Positions 27,345 through 38,639 of a stretch of 64,000 nucleotides of DNA are shown in pieces. The position numbers were made by a program, and so were the translations under genes. The notes beneath the pieces are model-generated. The model had not been told where the DNA came from and made no database searches. It saw only the letters and a program-made list of their open reading frames with translations. Origin of the DNA: the human T2T-CHM13v2.0 reference genome, Homo sapiens. The number at the start of each line of letters is the position of its first letter. Position 1 is the first letter of the stretch. Location: assembly GCF_009914755.1 (NCBI RefSeq), contig NC_060930.1; one strand, 5' to 3'.

Positions 27345-29654
27345 TTAGTGGCCTCTATCAAAGACTGCCCTTCAGTTGTCACATCGATGACAGGGCCAAG
27401 CACCAAATGGAACTCTGCGCTCAAAAGGCTATTAGTCAATGTGCTTCTCTGTTAAAGGCAGTGATGCCATTTAGCCATAGGCTATGTCTGGCCATTCCCA
27501 GACTTGGGTTTCTGGAAGATATCCTTCAGCCAACCTGCTATGGGGCACTGGGTGCGTACTAGCACAGGGACCTCCTTTAACATCCTCCACTCATTGTCAG
27601 GCAGAGTTGCATAGAGCATGCAGCACAGAGTTGTTGCTCCAGATGCTATACCTAATTTCAGCTCCCTGCCACAGTTGGGACCAGAATCCTAAAGGCACGT
27701 GTTTATGTCTTTGCCTTTACCCCAGGCCCCACCCAAACCCCTCAGGGTAACTGGCTACAAATTCACGAGGCTGTCCCTGCACTAGAACTACCAAGGCTCA
27801 TATTCATTTCACTGCAACTTTATCTTGTTTCTAGGCCTCATCCTCCCCTTGTGGGCCAGTCCCCATGGCCCCTCTTCTTAATTAAGCAGTACGGGGGCTA
27901 AGGATTTGGGCCAAATGGGGAATAAAAAGACACCCATGCCCTGGAAGGCCTGAGAAGGTTTGCAGCTGCTTTGGTATGGTAGGACGTGGGTAGACCTGCA
28001 CCTTATCCACAATGGCAGATGGAACAACTTTAGTCTTAGCTGACCAGAGGACACCCAAGTATTTGACTGACAAGCCTGGACCCTGGAGTTTGTCTCTGTT
28101 GACTGCCCATCCTGTTTTCCAAGTGAGACAGCAAGGTGGTGGCTGCAGTTTGCTGGAGGAAGACTCAGAAGTTAGCATGAAATCACCAATGTAATGGAAA
28201 ACATGTACCCCCTCCTGGGCAGTTCATATACCAAGATCCTCAGCCACTAGGCAGGGACAGAGTGGGGCTAGGCAAATATCCCTAGGGCAGACAGTAAAGG
28301 TCCATTGTTCTCCTTTCCAGGTAAATGCAAATTGGTCTTGACTCTCTGGTGCAATGGGGTTGCTGAAGAAGGTGTTGGCTACATCGGTAACAAAATGGTA
28401 TGTGTCCAGCATCTCTCCTACCCTCATCAGAAAGGAGGCGATATTGGGAACAGCTGCACACATTTAATTCTCAGTAATCTACTGTCATTCTCCATGTACC
28501 ATCAGGTTTCTGTATGGGCCATACAGGGCTGTTGCATGGGCTGTGCGCTGGCCTTATGATGCCTACCCGGGCTAACTCCCCCGTGGTCCTCGTGGTTTCA
28601 TCCTGCCTCTCTCCCCACCAGCAGGCGGTGTTGCTCCAGTGCTACTACTCACTGCTTTTGCATTCCCCTCCCCGCCCATCACATGCTTCACCACTCTAAC
28701 TGTCATTTGGAATTCCCCAGCAGTTGTTTGGAGGGTCAAGCCTGATAAGATATCCATTCCCAAGATATATTCTGGGATGGGAGCTATGTATATCAACAAA
28801 GTTTTGGTGGCAGTCTCCCAACTTGTAAAACTAGTTCAACCTGTCTGACTTCCATGGCCTCTTTCCATAACCATCTATTGCTGACATAGGCCCTTGGAAC
28901 CAATGGGAGTTGCCATATATGAGGGTGCATCCAGCTCCAGTATCCACTAGGGCACGCAATCTGGTTCAATTCTTAAGTGACCAATATATAATTAGTTCTA
29001 CTTGTGGCCTCTGGTTCCCCCAGACACCCTGGCCACCATTGCTCTGATTGGGATTTCAGGGCTTTGGCCTTCATCCTAATCTGAAGGGGCCGGCACTTGC
29101 CGTTGCTCTGTGGGAGGAAGGGGCAGTGGGCTGAACCTGAGGCTCCTCAGTAAAGTGCTGTTCTGGTTTGAGCTTCTGCCACAGTCCAACCAGAACAGCA
29201 GTGGGCTGTTTATCTGTTTTCACAGTAGGTGTCTCTGCCACTACCGGGTCACCCCACATTTGTCAGCAGGTCACCCAGATAGGCCCCTTGGCTGTCTCCT
29301 TTCCTTTTATAACCAGGTTGGTTATACAGCTGTCCAAGTGTCTACATCAAATTCTAACTTGATCTGCCTCCTTTCACTCCCCTTTTAGCCAGGGGATCCA
29401 TTCCCTGTCCTTCCCTAGGGTAACATTCTCACTATCCATGATAAGGGACAACTACCTGAACAAGCTGGAAATAGTGAAGAACACCTTTAGCTCAACGCTT
29501 CTCAACACTGACTTCAAAGTAGAGTTAAATTAGATTTTCAATGTAGAGACCCATGTCCCCCCACCACCCGCAAATTTGGACTCGACTGGTATGGAGAAGC
29601 GTTGTGTATTGAATTTGGATGAAAGCATAGCCCAGGTGATTCTAATGTACAGCC

Positions 29655-30107
29655 TTTCATGCGCGTCCGTGTGAAGAGACCACCAAACAGGCTTTGTGTG
29701 AGCAACATGGCTGTTTATTTCACCTGGGTGCAGGCGGGCTGAGTCTGAAAAGAGAGTCAGCGAAGGGAGATAAGGGTGGGGCCGTTTTATAGGATTTGGG
29801 TAGGTAAAGGAAAATTACAGTCAAAGGGGGTTTGTTCTCTGGCGGGCAGGAGTGGGGGTCGCAAGGTGCTCAGTGGGGGTGATTTTTGAGCCAGGATGAG
29901 CCAGGAGAAGGACTTTCACAAGGTAATGTCATCACTTAAGGCAAGGACCGGCCATTTACACTTCTTTTGTGGTGGAATGTCATCAGTTAAGGTGGGGCAG
30001 GGCATTTTCACTTCTTTTGTGATTCTTCGGTTACTTCAGGCCATCTGGGCATATACGTGCAAGTCACAGGAGATGCGATGGCTTGGCTTGGGCTCAGAGG
30101 CCTGACA
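29655..30107 (-). mobile_element. LTR7, 3' LTR (453 bp)
   Basis: Minus strand TGTCAGGCCTCTGAGCCCAAGCCAAGCC..CACACGGACGCGCATGAAA; AATAAA at 29714-29719. Confidence 0.96.
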
Positions 30108-30122
30108 TTCCTGCCTTCTTAT
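30108..30122 (-). other. HERV-H polypurine tract
   Basis: Minus strand ATAAGAAGGCAGGAA immediately before the TG of the 3' LTR. Confidence 0.85.
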
Positions 30123-30399
30123 ATTAATAAGAAAAATAAAACAAAATGGTGTTGAAGTGTTGGGGCGGCGAACATTTTTGGGGGGTGGTATGGAGAGAGA
30201 ATGGGCGATGTTTTTCAGGGCAGCTTCGAGAGGGATTGGGGCGGCGTGGGAACCTAGAGTGGGAGAGATTAAGCTGAAGGGAGGTCTTGTGGTAAGGGGT
30301 GATATTGTGGGGATGTTAGAAGAAACATTTGTCATATAGAATGATTGGTGATGGGCTGGATACGGTTTTGGATGAATTGAGAAACTAAATGGAATAACA

Positions 30400-32892
30400 G
30401 AAGGAGAAAAACAGGTATAAAAGGTCTAAGAATTGGGATGACTCAGGATATCTGATTAGAGAGTGCCTAAGGAGATTCAGCATAGTCCTGCCAGCAAAGA
30501 TTATTTATTTACTTCAAGAGTTAAGAGTGGCAGTTTGGGGATAGCACCAGGAGATATCAGCTGTGATGGCTTGGAAAAACAGTGTAAACCGGCAGTGTAA
30601 ACAAGAGCAGGGCATGTATGAGTAGTTGAGAACGGTGAATAGGAGTATGACTAGACAGAAGATAGTAGGGATGACAAGTTTTTTTGGGGCACAGTCTAAG
30701 TTGGTCTGGTGTCTGGAATGAGACTGGGGCCTAATAAAAAGGAGCGTCTATACAGGAGCTCAAATGGGCTGTACTCTGTAGCATTCCGAGGACAGGCCTG
30801 AATTCTGAGAAGGGAAAGTGGTAAAAGTATTGTCCAGTCCTTTTTAAATTGGTGGCTGAGCTTGTGAGGTGTGTTTTTAAAAGACCTTTAGTCCATTCTA
30901 CTTTCCTTGAAGACGGAGGACTGTAAGGGATATAAAGGTTTCACTGAATACTAAGAGCCTGAAAAACTGCTTGGCTGATTTGACTAATAAAGGCTCGTCT
31001 TTTATCAGACTGTATTGAGGTGGGAAGGCTAAACTGAGGAATTATGTCTGACAGAAGGGAAGAAATGACTGTGGTGGCCTTCTCAGACCCTGTAGGAAAG
31101 GCTTCTACCTATCCAGTGAAAGTATCTACCTAGACTAAGAGGTATTTTAATTATCTGACTCCGGGCATGTTGAGTAAAGCTAATTTGCCAGTCCTAGGTG
31201 GGGCAAATCCTCGAGCTTGATGTGTAGGGAAGGGAGGGGGCCTGAATAATCCCTGAGGAGTAGTAGAATAGCAGATGGAACACTGAGAAGTTATTTCCTT
31301 GAGGATAGATTTCCACGACGGAAAGGAAATGAGAGGTTCTAAGAGGCGGGCTAGTGGCTTGTACTATAGCATAACCTGCCTTTGCTGGTGTGTGGCGATT
31401 AGGCCTGGTGGAACCGCCATCAATAAATCAAGCGTGATCAGGGTGAGGAACAGGAAAGAAGGAAATGTGGGGAAATGGGGTGAATGTCAGGTGGATCAGA
31501 GAGATACAGTCATGGGGGTCAGGTGTGGTATCAGGAATAATGTGGGAGGCCGGATTGAAGTCCGGGCCAGGAACAATGGTAATTGCGGGAGACTCAACGA
31601 AGAGTGAGTACAGCTGAAGGAGCCGGGGAGCAGAAAGTATATGCGTCAGGTATGAGGAAGAAAATAGATTTTGGAAGTTATGAGAACTGTAGAGAGTGAG
31701 TTGAGTATAGTTTGTGATTTTGAGGGCCTCTAAAAGTATTAATGCAGCAGCAGCCGCTGCACGCAGACATGAGGGCTAGGCTGAAACAGTAAGGTCAAGT
31801 TGTTTGGACAGAAAGGCTACAGGGTGTGGTCCTGGCTCTTGTGTAAGAATTCTGACTACGCTAACCATGCCTAGGAAGGAAAGGAGTTGTTGTTTTGTAG
31901 AAGGTGCTGGGGTTTGAGAGATCAGTCGGACACGATTGGCAGGGAGAGCACGTGTGTTTTTATGAGAATTATGCCGAGATAGGTAACAGATGAGGAAGAA
32001 ATTTGGGCTTGATTGAAGTAATGGGGGCTGTCTGTGAAGCTTTGCAGCAGTAAAGCCTAGGTAATTTGCTGAGCTTGATGGGTGTCAGGGTCAGTCCAGG
32101 TGAAAGTGAGGAGAGGCTGGGATTAAGGGTGCAAAGGAATAGTAAAGAAAGCATGTTTGAGATCTAGAACAGAATAATGGGTTATAGAGGCAGGTACTGA
32201 GGATAGGAGAGTATATGGGTTTGGCACCATGGGGTGGATAGGCAAAACAATTTGGTTGATAAGGCGCAGATCCTGAACTAGTAAGGCTTGTCTGGTTTTA
32301 GGACACGTAAAATGGGGGAATTGTAAGGAGAGTTTATAGGCTTTAAAAGGCCATGCTGTAGCAGGCGAGTGATAACAGGCTTTAATCTTTTTAAAGTGTG
32401 CTGCGGGATGGGATATTGGCGTTGAGTGGGGTAAGGGTGATTAGGTTTTAATGAGATGGTAAGGGGTGCATGATCGGTTGCCAAGGAGGGAGTAGAGGTA
32501 TCTTATACTTGTGGGTTAAGGTGGGGGGATACAAGAGGAGGACGCAAAGGAGGCTTTGGATTGGGAAGAAGGGCGGCAATGAGATATAGCTGTAGTCCAG
32601 GAATAGTCAGGGAAGCAGATAATTTAGTTAAAGTGTCTCAGCCTAATAAGGGAACTGGGCAGGTGGGGATAACTAAAAAGGAGTGCTTAAAAGAGTATTG
32701 TCTAAGTTGGCACCAGAGGTGGGGAGTTCTAAGAGGTTTAGAAGCCTGGCCATCAATACCCACAACAGTTATGGAGGCAAGGGAAACAGGCCCTTGAAAA
32801 GAAGGTAATGTGGAGTGGGTAGCCTCCGTATTGATTAAGAAGGGGACGGCCTTACCTTCCACTGTGAGAGTTACCGGAAGCTCGGCGTCCAT
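30400..32892 (-). pseudogene. pol: HERV-H pro-pol remnants, deleted and disrupted
   Basis: Protease VTLTVEG..FLINTEATHS (catalytic DTG replaced by NTE); RT start QYPIP..SPYNSPIL.V.KPD; no long ORF. Confidence 0.85.
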
Positions 32893-33042
32893 GATGGTCT
32901 ATGGGGCTTCCGAGGCGATCGGGCTGTGTCAGTCTTCAGCCGCTAAGCCAAGAAGATCTGGGAAGGAGTCAGTCAGAGAGCCTTGGGCCAGAGTTCCAGG
33001 GGCTCTGGGAGTGGCTGCCAGGTGAGTTGAACAGTCTGATTT

Positions 33043-34120
33043 TCAGTGGGGTCCCACACAGATGGGACGTGGCTTAGGAGGAATCCCGGGCTGTGGGCAT
33101 TCCTTGGCCCAGTGGCCAGATTTCTGGCACATGTAGCAAGCTCCTGTGGGAGGAGGTTCTGGAGGAACGCCTGGCCGCTGCGGTTCAGGCATTTGGAAGT
33201 TCTTGTGTGCTGGAGATGTGGCTGGGGTTTGTCTCACAGTGGAGGCAAGGAATTGCAACTTTTTTCTATTATTGTACACCTTGAAGGCGAGGTTAATTAA
33301 ATCCTGTTGTGGGGTTTGAGGGCTGGAATTTAATTTTTGGAGTTTTATTTAATGTCGGGAGCAGATTGGGTAATAAAATGTATTTTGAGAATAAGACGGC
33401 CTTTTGACCTTTTAGGGTCTAGGGCTGTAAAGTGTCTCAGGGTTGCTGCCAAACGAGTCATGAACTGGGCTGGATTTTTATATTTGATGAAAAAGAGCCT
33501 AAACGCCATCTGATTTGGGATAAAGAAAAAGGAGCATTAACCTTGATTAAGCCTTTAGCTCCAGCTACCTTTTTAAGAGTAAATTGCTGGGCGGGTGGGG
33601 GAGGGCTAGTCACAGAGGACACTGTAAGCTTGACCAGGTGTGAGGAGGGGAGGCAATAAAAAAATTATAGGGTGGAGGAGCGGAGGCTGAGGAAGAATTG
33701 GGACCTAGCTTGGCCTGGCGAGGAGGGGAGAGGTCAGATGAGTCTGTAGAAAAGGAAGATTAGAAAGACTCAGGGACGCTTGGGGTTGGGACTGAGGGGA
33801 CAGGCGGGAGGGAAAGAAGGAAGATTTGGGACGAGTTGCACTGGGCACAGAGACTAGGAAGGGACTGATGTGTAAAAGAATGCCTGGACATTAGGCACCT
33901 CAGACCATTTGCCTATTTTGCAACAAGAATTATTTAGACCTTGCAGGATGGAAAAATTCAAAGTGCCATTTTCTGGCTATTTGGAACTACTGTTGAGTTT
34001 GTATTGGGGTCAAGCAGCATTGCAGAAGAAAATAAGGCATTTAGGTTTTAGGTCAGGTGTGAGTTGAAGAGGTTTTAAGTTTTTGAGAACACAGGCCAAG
34101 GGAGTAGAAGGGGGAATGGA
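33043..34120 (-). pseudogene. gag: HERV-H gag remnant
   Basis: ORF 33043-33279 contains the NC zinc knuckle CYMCQKSGHWAKEC and a degenerate second knuckle; MA-like PLACVLKNL in ORF 34010-34354. Confidence 0.85.
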
Positions 34121-34229
34121 GGGTGGAAGGTTGCCTATAGTGAAGGAAGCAAGCCTAGAGAAAAGAGAGAGTAGAGAAACGGAGGGAAGGGGTTCGGGGG
34201 TTCTTACCTTCCAGAAAAGTGGGAAGAGG

Positions 34230-34385
34230 GGTTGGGGCGCAGAGATAAGAGGTCGGGGCATGGAAATAAGGGATGGGGTGCAGAAATAAGGGGTTGGGGC
34301 ATGGAAATAAGGGGTCGGGGCACGGAAATAAGGGATTGGGGTGCAGAGATACAAGGTTGGGGTGTGGAAATAAGGGATTGGGGGT
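34230..34385. repeat. ~21-bp G-rich minisatellite (~7.5 units) in the HERV-H leader
   Basis: Units resembling GGTTGGGGCATGGAAATAAGG start at 34230, 34251, 34272, 34292, 34313, 34334, 34355. Confidence 0.9.
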
Positions 34386-34827
34386 TCTTGCCCCCTAGAA
34401 AAGCGGGACTTGCCTCTAAGGGTGAAGGAGAAGGGGTTGAGGGGTACTTGCCCCTGCCCCAGGAAAGCAGAGAAGGGGTAGAGACAAGGAGAGAAGGGGT
34501 TGGGGTACTTGCCCCTTCCCCAGAAAAGCAGGACTTGCCGCTAAGGGTGAAGTACCAAGGCAGGCATCCCTGCGTGGTCTGACACCTTTGAAATGTGGTT
34601 GAATAATCAGAGAGGCGTCCTTGCAATGATTAAACACCAAGGGAAGGCTGCCTTCCCAGTCCGTGACCGGCGCCGGAGTTTTGGGTTGACAGATAATATG
34701 TGTCTCCTTTGTCTCTCCCAGAAAATGAAAGGAATTGAAATTCAGAGAAGGGAGAGATTGAAGAGTGGAAAGAAGAAAGTGGTTGAGGGACAGTGAGAGA
34801 GGTTGGAGAAGAGAGTAAGAAGAGGCC

Positions 34828-34836
34828 GCTTACCTG
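34828..34836 (-). promoter_or_regulatory. HERV-H major splice donor
   Basis: Minus strand CAG|GTAAGC ~145 nt downstream of the 5' LTR; a second donor-like AAG|GTAAGA lies at ~34202-34210. Confidence 0.7.
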
Positions 34837-34959
34837 ATTTAAAATTGGTGAGATGTTTCTTGGGCTGGTTGGTCTGAGGACCTGAGGTCGTAGGTGGATC
34901 CTTCTCATGGAGCAAAGAACAGGAGGACAGGGGATTGATCTCCCAAGGGAGGTCCCCCG

Positions 34960-34977
34960 ATCCGAGTCATGGCACCA
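34960..34977 (-). other. Primer binding site, tRNA-His
   Basis: Minus strand TGGTGCCATGACTCGGAT, 17/18 match to the complement of the tRNA-His 3' end (TGGTGCCGTGACTCGGAT). Confidence 0.92.
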
Positions 34978-34979
34978 AA

Positions 34980-35422
34980 TTTCATGCGCGTCCGTGTGAA
35001 GAGACCACCAAACAGGCTTTGTGTGAGCAACATGGCTGTTTATTTCACCTGGGTGCAGGCGGGCTGAGTCCGAAAAGAGAGTCAGCGAAGGGAGATAAGG
35101 GTGGGGCCGTTTTATAGGATTTGGGTAGGTAAAGGAAAATTACAGTCAAAGGGGGTTTGTTCTCTGGCGGGCAGGAGTGGGGGTCGCAAGGTGCTCAGTG
35201 CGGGTGCTTTTTGAGCCAGGAAAAGGACTTTCACAAGGTAATGTCATCACTTAAGGCAAGGACCGGCCATTTACACTTCTTTTGTGGTGGAATGTCATCA
35301 GTTAAGGTGGGGCAGGCCATATTCACTTCTTTTGTGATTCTTCGGTTACTTCAGGCCATCTGGGCGTATACGTGCAAGTCACAGGAGATGCGATGGCTTG
35401 GCTTGGGCTCAGAGGCCTGACA
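34980..35422 (-). promoter_or_regulatory. LTR7, 5' LTR promoter/enhancer (443 bp)
   Basis: TATAAAA (minus) 35110-35116; KLF-type GGGTGGGGC ~35099-35107; two ACAAAAGA (minus) at 35278-35285 and 35328-35335; lacks one TCCTGGCTCA unit relative to the 3' LTR. Confidence 0.93.
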
Positions 35423-37739
35423 CAGCCAGGGCTGAGAACCACTGTTAGCTGAATCTGTGTCTGGGTTCTGTGAAAGGTTTATCTTATGTTTCTATTGTAT
35501 TGACTTCTACTGAGCTGACCCTGAATTGACTCTCTTATTTGCCTGGGCTCTGACCTTTGAAAATTATCTTCTTTCCAGGGACTCCCAACCTACTGCTAGC
35601 TTAGTCTCTGAAGTGTGCATTCCCATAGTCTTCTTGAATATGAGTCTTCCTGGAGAAAACTCCTGTCAAGTCAAGAAGTGTTTCAGTAGAACCTTTGCTT
35701 CTGGTGACTAGGACTTAATCTTCTGGTTCTTTCTTTAGTCTCTGGCTTTGAGACACTAAACAAAGAGAACGCATGGCCGTGGAAGCATCTGGGATCACAG
35801 CCCCAAGGCCATAACAACATGTCTTTGGGGTTCATGTCATTGCCATGCCTCCTTGAGCTGGAGATCCAAGAGGGGCTGGAAGGCGAGTGTGGTTTGAAAG
35901 GCCCACCAGCTTGGCCAGTGCTCTGATTAGAGAACATTGTACACTTTTGTACACTTTGTACATCTTTGTGTACCTTTTACAAACAAGTATACAGACAGGG
36001 TGAGCAGAGTTCACACTTTGCCTTAGTGAAATGCACTGTGACATGAAGCATATTTTTACTCTGGAATGTTTAGTCTCTAACATGGGACTCCTGTGTGTTG
36101 CCTAAACTTGTTCGTCATTTCATGATTAAGGAAACAGGAAGGACAGTGTGTGGCTTCCAGAGTCTAGAAACAAGGTAGAGCTCCCATAAGGTTTCATGGG
36201 AGCTCACTTTCCCTGCTTTGTGTCTGTAACTCTGAGGCATGGGCTGTTCACTGTCACAGTCAAAACAACAACAACAAAAAGCGAGAACTTTCCACCTCTC
36301 AATAGCTTTGGTTAAAATCTCCAGGAGTCCTGATCTCTTGCAAGTGAGAGAGTAAAGAAAAAGTTTAGAAGTTGTGAACTCTTCCTTTGAAATTCTCATT
36401 TGCCTTTCAATGTACTCTTTTGCCTTAAACAGGAAAGCCACCTATATTGCTCAAAGCCAGGGCTGAGAGGGAGAGATTTTCAGGTCTGCAAAGCTAAGTT
36501 GATGTTTTCAGAAGATGATTTTCTCTTCCTTCTTAAATGTGTTTGTGATGTAGAAAGATGGCTGTCTAGAGCTCAGATTCTGTGATTTGATGTATTACCC
36601 CTGGATTACAATGTGAAATACAGCTTTAAAAACCTAGATACATATGGCAGTATATGGATAATACAAACAAAAACCATACAAAATCAACCAACCCACAAAC
36701 AAAAACCCCAACTCCCAAATAGACTTATAAGTGAAGTTGTCCTCAAAAGTTATTGAATTGAATATTTGCTAAGTTAGCTAGAACTATTATTTAAAGTAGT
36801 TTTATTCATTAAATGACATTTTGTTGATTATGCGAAGGACCCATAGAATTTAACAACAGTTTTCCGGCCCCTTTCTAGTACTGACAGTGGCGCTAATTTT
36901 TCAAGAAACTGGAATAGGGATTTAAAGTAAAATGTGGGTTTCGGCTGCCTAGTGAAATTCAATGAAATCAATAGGAAGCTCCTGTATTTGCATTCTTAGG
37001 GCTGGAAGTAGGAGGTGTCGATGCACATACATTTCCCAGTAATGCAACTTCAAAACGGGCTTCTTAATGGGAGATAATCAACTGCAATGCAACTTTAATG
37101 AACTCTGATGTTGGAATGCAAACCCAATCCAATATCCCATGGAAAATTAACCCAATCAATAGTCTAATTCAAAGCTTTAAGCTTGTAAACAATTACTACA
37201 CTGACCAAGTCTGCCTTTTCAGATGTTCACCCACGGAGGTGGCCATCCTTCTCAGGGTTACCGCCTCCCGCGGCATGGCATAGTGTTGGCTAACTGCTTC
37301 CACTGTCATCCTTAACAAGAATGCTATTGAGCTTATTAAAAAACTCATCTGAGTTCAAGTAAAAGAAGAAGAGAGGGAAAGCCCTTCTCAGCCTGCCTCA
37401 ACTCCAGTTTTATTAGGCATTCATCTCTCCATAGAACAGCTCCCTCGGTCCTTCATTCAAGCCTTGGGCAGCCTTTCTTACTTTCCTCGAACCCTAATGA
37501 ATCTCTCTTGGCCCCTCTGCCTCAGAAAATGGGGCTATTTGTTCTGTATTTACCCTTCCAAGTGGGACTCCCTTCCACGGTTCCATGGCCTCTTATCCTT
37601 CCTTCAAAGGTCCCTGAAGAAGAGGGCCAGCTTCAGAGTACTCTTCCTTGTGGTATAAAGCTACTTCCTGTGTTCACTTCCCACCATGCGTTTTTAGGCG
37701 TGTTCTGCAATCAGTGGGTCTCAGATGTTTTTCTGGCTC

Positions 37740-37900
37740 TTTTCTTGATGAAGCTCCTTGGTGCCCAGGTAAAGCAGGCAGTTGAATACGTAGGTCTGAA
37801 CCTCAGGAGAGACCTCACAGCTGGAGACGTGGGTTTTGACCATCCCCATGGAGTCATTAATTGACATCATAGCAGAGGGTGAGATGTCAGCTAAGGAGAT
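37740..37900 (-). mobile_element. L2 fragment
   Basis: GCAGGCAGTTGAATACGTAGGTCTGAACCTCAGGAGAGA..GCTGGAGA..GGGTGAGATG..CTAAGGAGA. Confidence 0.55.
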
Positions 37901-38503
37901 GGAAAATAGGAATAAATTTCCGCAAGACTCTAAATCCTCTGGAAGGTGTGGACAAGCTCCGTGAAGTCTGCTCTCCTGCATGTGGGAGAGAGAAAAGAGA
38001 GAGAGAGAGAGAGATGTATAGCAATTAAGAACCCATGCCATGCAGAGAATGCTTAGAAAAAGCACAGGAAAAGAATGTGGTACAGCTTTTCCTTCATTAA
38101 TGAGGAATACAGGTTATGATGCCTTTTGAAGGGTGTTTTGGAAGCAAACAAGGCCTTCTGTAGCAGTTAATTTATAAAGCTTTATAGACTTCATATTGAA
38201 CAACTGTACTTAGCATAAATGCATATAGAGATGAAGACTAGGCGATACCGGCCTTATAACAATAAGGGGTCATTGCAGCTCAGTAGGTGCGGTTTGTGGT
38301 TCACAAGCCACATATGATGTATACTCTAGGATCCAGACTTGAGATGAAGGGAGACCTTCCCAAGCCACACTAGTTAATGGTTAGCCCCTCCCGACTCCCA
38401 GTTCCTCAGAGAAAAAGAATTGGAGGTGTGTTTCAAAACCCACCATGTAGACTTTATAGTTCGTTTTGTGTAAGTAATCACAGTATGCATAGTAAATTGA
38501 ATC

Positions 38504-38639
38504 TGGGTTGCCAGACTTAACAAAGAAAAATATAATATCAAATGCCCAGTGAAATTTGAATTTCTGATAAACAATGAATAATTATTTTAGATGTAAGTAC
38601 ATCCCATGCAATATCCATCCTGTATTTTATCGACAATCT
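38504..38639. mobile_element. MER53 with most of one arm deleted
   Basis: GGGTTGCCAGACTTAACAAAGAAAAATA..TGCCCAGTGAAATTTGAATTTCTGATAAACAATGAATAA..ATCCCATGCAATAT|CCATCCTGTATTTTATC. Confidence 0.8.

Larger units (their letters stand above)
29655..35422 (-). mobile_element. HERV-H provirus (LTR7-int-LTR7), 5768 bp, common internally deleted type
   Basis: Two near-identical LTRs; TSD CAGCC at 29650-29654 and 35423-35427; His-tRNA PBS; PPT; gag, pro and pol remnants. Confidence 0.97.
29493..35444. mobile_element. MER5(B)-like hAT-Charlie fossil split by HERV-H (pieces 29493-29654 and 35423-35444)
   Basis: CAACGCTTCTCAAC.. start; terminus CCCAGGTGATTCTAATGTACAGCC|AGGGCTGAGAACCACTG is reconstituted when the provirus is removed. 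Confidence 0.75.

Noticed and set aside
30108-34979. HERV-H as a protein-coding or replication-competent provirus
   Set aside because: The internal region is only 4.87 kb, the protease DTG is replaced by NTE, gag and pol are fragmented and env is nearly absent.
29655-35422. Assigning this HERV-H to a named lncRNA locus (e.g. ESRG, LINC-ROR, LINC01108)
   Set aside because: Many similar HERV-H copies exist and I cannot identify the flanks without a genome search.
36875-36897. CTCF site (..GACAGTGGCGCTA)
   Set aside because: Only the 3' half matches the consensus.
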